Below, piece after piece: positions 56,944 to 64,000 of a stretch of 64,000 nt of DNA. Each line of letters starts with the position of its first letter. Positions within the stretch are counted from its first letter, which is position 1. The position numbers were made by a program, and so were the translations under genes. The notes beneath the pieces are model-generated. The model was not told where the DNA came from, did not search any database, and saw only the letters and a program-made list of their open reading frames with translations. The stretch lies in assembly GCA_964535655.1 (NCBI GenBank), contig CAZHTP010000001.1, forward strand, positions 98,573-162,572. The letters run 5' to 3'. This DNA comes from an uncultured Gammaproteobacteria bacterium (lineage in GTDB: Bacteria > Patescibacteriota > Microgenomatia > JALYQM01).

Positions 56944-59382
56944 ATGTCTTCAACAATCTATTTAGATGGGAAGCCGGTGAAGTTGCGGGAAGAACTGCCT
57001 TTAGTTTCTTTGAGGGAAAAAGTAGTATTTCCTTCTTCATGGGAAAGTTTCTCAATTAATAGGGATAAATCCAAACTCGCGTTGGATGCATCCACAACGA
57101 CAAATGGACTTGTCGTTTTTGTTTGTCAAAAAAATCCACAAACTGTTAACCCTGATTCCAGCGATATGTACGATGTTGGCACCATTGCCCGCATTCGTCG
57201 TTTCTGGAAAGTTAATGGCGATTATAATCTTACCGTTGAAGGGTTAACCCGAGTCTATATTAAAGAATATGTTCAAGATGAACCGTATTTTGTAGTTCGC
57301 TGTGAGGAGATTCCTGAATTGACTACACATAATGATGAAATCGAGGCATTAGTTGCGAATATTACTGCGCAAATGAATCACTACCGGGAGGTAGGTGGAC
57401 ATTTGTCGTTAGAGTCTTCAATTGCGATCTTTTCTGCAGAAGACCCTAATCAATTGTGTAATGCTATTACTGCCGGTGTGGATTTTAAGCCATTTGATAA
57501 ACAGCAAATTCTTGAGATGGTAGACACTCGGGATCGCTTACAAAAGGTAAGTGAACTTCTTGCACACGAAATTCGTGTCCTTGAAATTGGTCAAAAAATT
57601 GCGAACCAAACACAGGAACGTGTTAAGCGAGTTACCAAAGAGGCAATTTTGCGCGAGCAGATGAGTGCAATTAAAAAAGAGCTTGGTGAAGATGAAACAG
57701 AGGATGAAAGTGCAAATGAAGTAAGTGGCCTTAAGAAAGCAGTTAAGAATGCTAAAATGCCTAAAGAAGTACAAGAGAAAGTTGAAAAAGAAATTAAGCG
57801 ACTTTCTAAAATGCCAGCTATGAGCCCTGAAGTTTCATACCTGCGTACATATATCGATACCGTTCTTGAACTTCCCTGGGGAGTTAAGACTGAGGCAAAA
57901 GTTAATGTGTCGGATGCTGAGAAAATTCTTGATGAAGAACATTACGGTTTAAATAAAGCTAAAGAACGTATCTTGGAGTTTTTAGCTGTGCAAAAACTTG
58001 CCGGTAAAATGAAAGGTCCAATTCTTTGCTTTTCGGGTCCTCCAGGAGTAGGAAAGACTTCAATTGGAAAGTCTATTGCTAAGGCATTGGGACGTAAATT
58101 TGTAAAAGTATCTTTAGGCGGAATTCGTGATGAAGCAGAAATCCGCGGACATCGCCGCACGTATGTTGGTGCCTTGCCGGGAAGAATTATTCAGGGTATT
58201 AAACAGTCCGGTTCTTCAAACCCCGTGTTTATGCTTGATGAAATAGATAAAATTGGTAATGATTACCGGGGTGATCCTTCGGCAGCTTTACTTGAAGCGC
58301 TTGATCCTGAGCAGAACAATAACTTCTCAGATCACTACTTGGAAGTTCCGTTCGATCTTTCGGATGTGATGTTTATTGCTACGGCAAACGTTTTGGAAAC
58401 AATACCGCATGCGCTTCGCGATCGCTTGGAGATAATTGAATTCCCAGGCTATACGGAGCATGAAAAATTCCAAATTGCTGAAACGTATCTGGTGCCAAAA
58501 CAGGTTGAGAATCACGGTTTGAAGGAGAATCAATTTACTCTTACCAGTGATGCTTTAAAGAAAATTATTAATTCGTATACACGAGAGGCAGGTGTGCGAA
58601 GTTTGGAGCGAGAAGTTTCTGCTGTAATTCGTAAGGTGGCGAGAAAAGTAGCGGAAGACAAGGGAACTGAATTCACTATTGATTTGAAAGACGTACCTGA
58701 ATACTTGGGTCCAGCAAAGTTTAGCCCTGAGATTGCTGAAAAGGAAAACGAAATTGGTATGTCAACCGGGTTATTCTGGACTGAAGTGGGAGGAGGAATT
58801 CTCTTTATTGAAGTAAGTGTTGTTCCTGGCAAGGGACAGCTCACCTTAACTGGCTCACTTGGTGATGTAATGAAAGAATCGTGTATGGCTGCTATCAGCT
58901 ATGTACGTTCACGTGCATCGGCTTTAGGATTGGATGAGAAGTTCAACCAAAAGGTAGATATTCATGTCCACGTTCCATCAGGCGCTGTACCCAAAGATGG
59001 TCCATCGGCAGGTGCGGCTATAACAACTGCGTTAGTGTCAGCCTTAACACGAATTCCAACTCGCAAAGATGTTGCGATGACTGGTGAAATTACTCTGCGC
59101 GGTAGAGTAACTGAAATTGGTGGCTTAAAGGAAAAAATTATTGGTGCACACCGTGCTGGAATTAAAACCGTAATCATTCCTAAAGAGAATGAGAAAGATA
59201 TTGTTGAAATTCCTGATATGGTTAAAAATGATTTGAACTTCTATTTTGTAGACCATATGGATCAGGTTTTACCAATAGTTTTGACTGAAAAGATTAATGC
59301 GTCAAAGCCTCAAAAATTAGGAATTCGTAAGAATCCTGAAAAAAAGGCTAAGGATGAAGATTTTAAAGTTGCGGTTGGATAA
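56944..59382 (+). CDS. lon: ATP-dependent protease La (full-length Lon)
   Basis: N-domain, GPPGVGKTS, DEIDK, GAVPKDGPSAG, AMTGEITLRG.V..IGGLKEK. ATG follows GAGGAGAGG. Confidence 0.98.
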   Translation: MSSTIYLDGKPVKLREELPLVSLREKVVFPSSWESFSINRDKSKLALDASTTTNGLVVFVCQKNPQTVNPDSSDMYDVGTIARIRRFWKVNGDYNLTVEGLTRVYIKEYVQDEPYFVVRCEEIPELTTHNDEIEALVANITAQMNHYREVGGHLSLESSIAIFSAEDPNQLCNAITAGVDFKPFDKQQILEMVDTRDRLQKVSELLAHEIRVLEIGQKIANQTQERVKRVTKEAILREQMSAIKKELGEDETEDESANEVSGLKKAVKNAKMPKEVQEKVEKEIKRLSKMPAMSPEVSYLRTYIDTVLELPWGVKTEAKVNVSDAEKILDEEHYGLNKAKERILEFLAVQKLAGKMKGPILCFSGPPGVGKTSIGKSIAKALGRKFVKVSLGGIRDEAEIRGHRRTYVGALPGRIIQGIKQSGSSNPVFMLDEIDKIGNDYRGDPSAALLEALDPEQNNNFSDHYLEVPFDLSDVMFIATANVLETIPHALRDRLEIIEFPGYTEHEKFQIAETYLVPKQVENHGLKENQFTLTSDALKKIINSYTREAGVRSLEREVSAVIRKVARKVAEDKGTEFTIDLKDVPEYLGPAKFSPEIAEKENEIGMSTGLFWTEVGGGILFIEVSVVPGKGQLTLTGSLGDVMKESCMAAISYVRSRASALGLDEKFNQKVDIHVHVPSGAVPKDGPSAGAAITTALVSALTRIPTRKDVAMTGEITLRGRVTEIGGLKEKIIGAHRAGIKTVIIPKENEKDIVEIPDMVKNDLNFYFVDHMDQVLPIVLTEKINASKPQKLGIRKNPEKKAKDEDFKVAVG

Positions 59383-59405
59383 TGCTTCAATTGTTATCAA
59401 GATCG

Positions 59406-59436
59406 GAGAGCGAATCGAAAGATTCGCTCTTTTTTT
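59406..59436 (+). terminator. Intrinsic terminator
   Basis: gagagcgaatc-gaaa-gattcgctct followed by a T-run. Confidence 0.85.
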
Positions 59437-60265
59437 ATTTTAAAGCTATTTTGATGTAAGAACGATCGTCAAATGAAATGTTTCCTGTTTGTAATCCTTT
59501 AGTAGTTTTGTATCGCTTGTAGCACAATGGGTCATCAACTAATACCATTTTCAAAAACCTTTCCGATTTTTCTAGAGTATCGAAAATCTCTGGATATCCA
59601 TCTGAGGCCAGAACAATTTCTTCTAAATCGGGAGCAATATCTATAATTTGAATGCCTTGTGGGTTCTTAAAAAAACCATCAATTACGTAAAAATTAAAAT
59701 CGCTTGGTTCGTCGGAATTTTGGAACATTACCTGTTTTATTAGTAGTGGTTTAATGTATTCTCGACCAGTGTCATTTTTTTTAAGTTCCTCTTCAGTTAC
59801 TCCGCGGCGAAGTTCAGACTGAATAAAGAATGATCTAACTTGGGAACAAATGTCTTCAAGCAATAAAGGGCTGTTAATATATTCGTTTCCGATTATTGCA
59901 AGGCCACTTCCTAATATCCATATCTGATTTTTCGCTTTACTATATACTATCATTGAAGCACCACAGCGTTGGTTAATATGATGGTTCATTTCAATGGTTA
60001 TCTTATTTTTGTTGTACCATTTGGTTATTGATTTATTGCATTCAAAAAAAAACTTTTCTGCATTTGACTGGGGATTAATTGAAGGAATACATTCAGTTAT
60101 GCATTGGACTGCTATTTGGCCTGAAGTTAAATTATTCCATTTCTTATCAATTTTACTTGTTATTCCATCGATTATGGCAATGAAATTACCATCTATATAA
60201 ATAGCATCTTCGCATGTTTCCATGCGGCCGGTTTTGGACTGAATAAATTGTTCAATAACCTTCAT
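59435..60265 (-). CDS. PP2C-like fold hypothetical protein
   Basis: CEDA, AIIDG, VLASDG and DDRS follow the PP2C metal-ligand order. Confidence 0.6.
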   Translation of the reverse strand: MKVIEQFIQSKTGRMETCEDAIYIDGNFIAIIDGITSKIDKKWNNLTSGQIAVQCITECIPSINPQSNAEKFFFECNKSITKWYNKNKITIEMNHHINQRCGASMIVYSKAKNQIWILGSGLAIIGNEYINSPLLLEDICSQVRSFFIQSELRRGVTEEELKKNDTGREYIKPLLIKQVMFQNSDEPSDFNFYVIDGFFKNPQGIQIIDIAPDLEEIVLASDGYPEIFDTLEKSERFLKMVLVDDPLCYKRYKTTKGLQTGNISFDDRSYIKIALK

Positions 60266-60284
60266 AGTTTTTGGCTAAACTATG

Positions 60285-60608
60285 CTATTTTACTACACTT
60301 ACAGTAATTTGACCATCTGGCTGGTTTTTATTGACGTCTGAGTGCGTTTCATGAATAATTCCGCCATATTTATTCCAAACATAGGTGCCTTCAATATGAA
60401 CGGTATCGCCAACTTTAAGATTTAGTGGTGGATTACGGTCGATATTGTAGACGATCAGTAGTGAGTGGCGATTAGGGGTCAGTATAAGGAAGCGTTGATG
60501 CTTAACTCCGGTTTCATCGTTAGGAAGAAGCTCGGAGACCACTCCATTGGCAACAATATAGATATCGCGGAGATGTTGCTCAAACGCTTGTTCGGGAGTT
60601 ATTAACAT
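60285..60608 (-). CDS. DUF3465-like OB-fold protein
   Basis: G.V..LL.ND..G.KHQRF.I.....SLLI.YNID, GD.V...G.Y.WN..GG.IH.TH. Confidence 0.7.
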   Translation of the reverse strand: MLITPEQAFEQHLRDIYIVANGVVSELLPNDETGVKHQRFLILTPNRHSLLIVYNIDRNPPLNLKVGDTVHIEGTYVWNKYGGIIHETHSDVNKNQPDGQITVSVVK

Positions 60609-60663
60609 GAGTTACAGCTTATATTGAATAGAGGATAGCGTCAAGAACTGGTATAATGGACGT

Positions 60664-61377
60664 ATGAAAGCTATTTTTATTGAGAAAGTGCAGGTTACGC
60701 CTACAGATTGGTCTTTTCGATTTAATAAACCTGAGGGTTTTGTATATAAGGCGGGCCAATATTCAGTTATTCGAGTTCCTCCTATTAATGAAGACTATCG
60801 TAATAATGTTCGTACCTGTTCTACCTCTTCTTCTCCCACCGAACCATACGTTCAGTTTACTTTTACTATCAGGCATACGGGATTTAAGGATACTTTAATG
60901 GATATGGATCCTGGCTTTGAGGTAGAGATGTATCCTGCGGTAGGGAAAATGACTCTGGAGGATGTTCCTGCTAAGAAACTGGTGATGATAGCTGGCGGAA
61001 TTGGTGTAGCACCGTATCGAGGCATGATCAAGTATGCGTATGATACAAAGATGTCTGGCACAAAAATAACCCTTTTATATTCAGATAAAACGTTGAGTGA
61101 AATTGCATTTCGTGATGAATTTGACGCTATTGCTGCTGATTTCCCTTCCTTTACTCCGGTCTACACACTTACTAGACATGTTCCTGTCGACGGTGATTGG
61201 AATGGCCCACAAGGACGAATTGATTCCGGGTTTATTAAAAAGTATGTGGAAGATTTTGAGGCGACAAAATTTATGGTTTGTGGCCCGGAACAGATGGTTC
61301 GTTCAGGATTATCCTATTTGTGGGAATTAGGCGTTCCTCAAGAAAGCATTGCGGCTGAATTGTTTACAGGATTTTAG
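60664..61377 (+). CDS. FAD/NAD(P)-binding oxidoreductase (FNR family)
   Basis: YKAGQY, RTCSTSSSP, MIAGGIGVAP, LLYS, GRID, MVCGP..MV. Confidence 0.88.
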   Translation: MKAIFIEKVQVTPTDWSFRFNKPEGFVYKAGQYSVIRVPPINEDYRNNVRTCSTSSSPTEPYVQFTFTIRHTGFKDTLMDMDPGFEVEMYPAVGKMTLEDVPAKKLVMIAGGIGVAPYRGMIKYAYDTKMSGTKITLLYSDKTLSEIAFRDEFDAIAADFPSFTPVYTLTRHVPVDGDWNGPQGRIDSGFIKKYVEDFEATKFMVCGPEQMVRSGLSYLWELGVPQESIAAELFTGF

Positions 61378-62525
61378 CTTTTTATAATGTACGTTTTAAC
61401 AAGCGATTCCAGTGACGAAGAGGCCCAGCCTGGGTATCCGGCGATCTTTCCTAAATTAAATCCGACTGTTGCTAAGTAATAGCCAATACTTCCGATGACT
61501 ATCAATAAAGGTAGACTGAGCATTGTGTATAAGAGAATCTTTCCAATAAGGGGTAAGATGTTAAGCGACATAATCGTCGTAACTACCGTGTTCTTAAATA
61601 CATGAGGTGTACCTTCTGGTAGCGCATCTTGTTTTTTAATTAGAAGTTTTGGAAGCAGTTCCTGTTTATCTACTTTTACATTAACGTTTTTAGTATTGCT
61701 CATAGCTGAAGATTTTGGGGTATCATTTTTTAAAGCACTCACTTTCTTTTCGAGTGCAGCAATTGCATCAAATTTTGAATTGGATGAATGTATTGGAGGC
61801 ATCTTGGGCTTTTCTGGCAAGGGATTTACTGGGAGGTTTATTTCTTCTGCCTGCTTGGTTAGTAAAACTGGTGCTTTGGGAATAGCGACAGGTATGGATT
61901 CCTGTTTAGGAAGTTCTGATCGGACGTTTGAGGTTCTTGAGTCATACGCGGTAAACTCAGCAAAAGTATCATTCATGTTATTTTCTGGTATTTCAAGTGG
62001 GGGCGCAGGGCGCTTGTCTTCGGGATTTTCAAATTTATTTATCTTATGAAGAATATTTACTACATCGGGAAATGCCTGTTGAAATGGAGAAGAAAGTGGA
62101 GCACCAGTTTCTATGGAATTTCTAAATGTTTTAAGATTATCCGTTGAGGGAACACTATATGTTTTGATGTGGTATTTATTTACCTCTTCCTGTGTTTTTT
62201 CGGAATAGACATTAACTTGAACTTCAGCGATTCGTTTTGATTTTTTTCCAGTTAATTTTTCGACGTCGATATTGGGGAGAAATAATACAACAAAGAGAGT
62301 ATATATCCGAATAAAGGGATTGAATATTGAAAATTTTCTTTTCTGGGTTGGTGGTAATGGGATTGGGGCAATTTCATGCGAAGCCTGAATTAATTCTTTA
62401 GGTTGAATTAACATTGAAATTACGTACACAATATATGCGGCAACGGCATCAAAATTTAAAAGGACTACTCCCGCAGCGGCACACAAAAATATTAGTGGCA
62501 GAAATTGAACTATAAATTGGAGCAT
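61374..62525 (-). CDS. Hypothetical membrane protein
   Basis: Hydrophobic segments at both termini with a long Pro/Lys/Glu-rich middle. Confidence 0.65.
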   Translation of the reverse strand: MLQFIVQFLPLIFLCAAAGVVLLNFDAVAAYIVYVISMLIQPKELIQASHEIAPIPLPPTQKRKFSIFNPFIRIYTLFVVLFLPNIDVEKLTGKKSKRIAEVQVNVYSEKTQEEVNKYHIKTYSVPSTDNLKTFRNSIETGAPLSSPFQQAFPDVVNILHKINKFENPEDKRPAPPLEIPENNMNDTFAEFTAYDSRTSNVRSELPKQESIPVAIPKAPVLLTKQAEEINLPVNPLPEKPKMPPIHSSNSKFDAIAALEKKVSALKNDTPKSSAMSNTKNVNVKVDKQELLPKLLIKKQDALPEGTPHVFKNTVVTTIMSLNILPLIGKILLYTMLSLPLLIVIGSIGYYLATVGFNLGKIAGYPGWASSSLESLVKTYIIKS

Positions 62526-62595
62526 ATACTCTGAAGTAAAGTATAGCAGTATAAAAGGTCAAGTCAAAGATTCTAAAAACGCTTTAATAGAGGTG

Positions 62596-63081
62596 TTATC
62601 TAGTGAGAGTTGTGTGAGAATATTTGATGTCATTGAATTCCTTTTTATCCTCACTTACAACTGTCTTAAATTCTTTATATTCAGGAAAAAAAGTATCGCA
62701 TTCGAATGATTCCTGAATGATAGTAAGCATCAATTTATCAGTGAAAGGGAGAGCATCCTTATACATTTGAGCACCACCTATAATGAATATTTCTTCTTTT
62801 TCAATTTCACGAGCTTTCTCGATTGCTTCTTTAATAGTATGTACTACGATGCAATTAGATGGGGTGTATTCGGGATTTCGTGTAACTATAATGTTAATTC
62901 TGTTGGGTAAAGCATTACCTACTGAATCGTAGGTTTTTCGCCCCATTATAACTACATGGCCCGTAGTTGTTTCCCGAAAGAATTTCATGTCCTCAGGAAT
63001 TCTCCATGGAATGTGGCCTTCTTTTCCAATGCCTCGGTCTTTATCTATTGCAGCTATTGCGGTAACGGGTATTGTATTCAT
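62596..63081 (-). CDS. folA: Dihydrofolate reductase
   Basis: IAA....GIG..G.IPW.IPEDMKFF...T.GH.VIMGRKTY.S...LPNR.NI, IIGGAQ.Y, DTFFP. Confidence 0.97.
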   Translation of the reverse strand: MNTIPVTAIAAIDKDRGIGKEGHIPWRIPEDMKFFRETTTGHVVIMGRKTYDSVGNALPNRINIIVTRNPEYTPSNCIVVHTIKEAIEKAREIEKEEIFIIGGAQMYKDALPFTDKLMLTIIQESFECDTFFPEYKEFKTVVSEDKKEFNDIKYSHTTLTR

Positions 63082-63575
63082 GATTTTGTGCTCCTTAAGC
63101 TATTGTATTTTAGTTCTTTTCGAATTAGTTGAAGCGCATCAGCTATTGCTTGTTTAGTGTTAGGAAGCAAGTGATGGTTATCGAGTTTACTAATGAGAAT
63201 CCATTCGGGGATTGTGTCGAATTGTTCGATCAAATCTCCTTCTACCTTTATTGTAACAAATGTTTGCATTGCTGTCTTCTTTATTACGCTGTCTTTTTTT
63301 TCTCGATCTGCAATATATAATTTATCGGGATCATGGATAAGATTTTCTTGTTCCACTTTTAAACCGGTTTGTTCAGAAAGTGTTTTTTGTGCAGTAACGA
63401 TTGGGTCTTCAATTGAGTTTGATTTTGAAAAAGGTAAGGAGTAAATATATTTTATTTTTTCTTCTTCGGTTTCATCAACTTTTTTCATTAAAAGAACGCG
63501 ATCACCTCTCAAACATACTACACCGATAAGTAGTGTAGTTTCCTGTTCAATTTCGGGTGAGAGTAGTTCAGACAT
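63078..63575 (-). CDS. Nudix-like protein with degenerate Nudix box
   Basis: RVLLMK...YSLP......EDPI.TA.K.L.EQTGL shows Nudix topology without the REUXEE core. Confidence 0.55.
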   Translation of the reverse strand: MSELLSPEIEQETTLLIGVVCLRGDRVLLMKKVDETEEEKIKYIYSLPFSKSNSIEDPIVTAQKTLSEQTGLKVEQENLIHDPDKLYIADREKKDSVIKKTAMQTFVTIKVEGDLIEQFDTIPEWILISKLDNHHLLPNTKQAIADALQLIRKELKYNSLRSTKS

Positions 63576-63594
63576 ATGTTATTATATGCTTTAT

Positions 63595-64000
63595 TTATTT
63601 TTTATCCTTTTTATTGTATGTACCAAATCCACCAGTTACGCTCAGTTCGGCTTTTAACGCCGGGTGTGATTTGTAATTCACCAGTTCGACTAGTTCCGGC
63701 TTGAAATCTTCGAGGGTTTTTACGTTAGGATCAAGTTTAATTGTTGGTAATTCCATCGGCTCTCGTGAAAGTTGCTCTTTTGCTTGTTCGAGATGCGCTT
63801 CATAAATATGGACGTCGCCAAAAGTGTGTATAAATTCACCCGGTTCATATCCTGTAATTTGGGCTAAAATAATGGTAAGTAAAGCGTATGAGGCAATATT
63901 AAATGGAACTCCAAGGAATATATCTGCGCTTCGCTGGTAAAGTTGTAACGAAAGTTTTCCATCGATCTGGTTTATTTGATACATATTATGACAAATAGGG
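63595..64000 (-). CDS. thyA: Thymidylate synthase, 5' truncated by the window edge
   Basis: [28 protein letters not shown]. The catalytic CH region lies at the window end. Confidence 0.97.
   Translation of the reverse strand, partial: PICHNMYQINQIDGKLSLQLYQRSADIFLGVPFNIASYALLTIILAQITGYEPGEFIHTFGDVHIYEAHLEQAKEQLSREPMELPTIKLDPNVKTLEDFKPELVELVNYKSHPALKAELSVTGGFGTYNKKDKK

Noticed and set aside
1-64000. CRISPR array, cas genes, tRNA/rRNA, integrase or transposase
   Set aside because: No regularly spaced direct repeats, cloverleaf/T-loop signatures or such ORFs were seen by eye.

Overview
A gene-dense bacterial chromosome segment, mostly + strand. Compact proteins (IF2 without N-terminal domains, DnaJ without Zn finger, partial SUF set) and many glycosyltransferases suggest a Patescibacteria/CPR-like organism; this is inference. 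In order: a partial multi-PA14 surface protein, a PAS kinase/receiver pair, a GC-rich secreted protein, hspR divergent from hrcA-grpE-dnaK-dnaJ (CIRCE), sufD-like/sufS/sufU/ferredoxin/dsbA, a ~12 kb glycosylation cluster containing pyrH, trxB, polyprenyl synthase, 2-oxoacid:ferredoxin oxidoreductase alpha/beta, a decayed PIN module, nusA-ylxR-infB-DHH-like-rpsO-pnp-Lon ATPase-only-rnj-ftsK-rodZ-like, a tsaC/tsaE fusion and tsaD, nrdR-nrdJ-cobO-DUF4430, cvpA/CAP, lon, and folA-nudix-thyA (partial). No rRNA, tRNA, CRISPR array or transposase was seen. The most striking observations are: (1) a ~125-nt three-way-junction element in three diverged copies (after trxB, rpsO and rnj) with compensatory changes in all three stems, plus smaller related hairpins; (2) a cleanly circularly permuted DsbA; (3) a candidate B12 capture/activation module next to a class II ribonucleotide reductase; (4) a Lon ATPase with no protease domain, placed between PNPase and RNase J.
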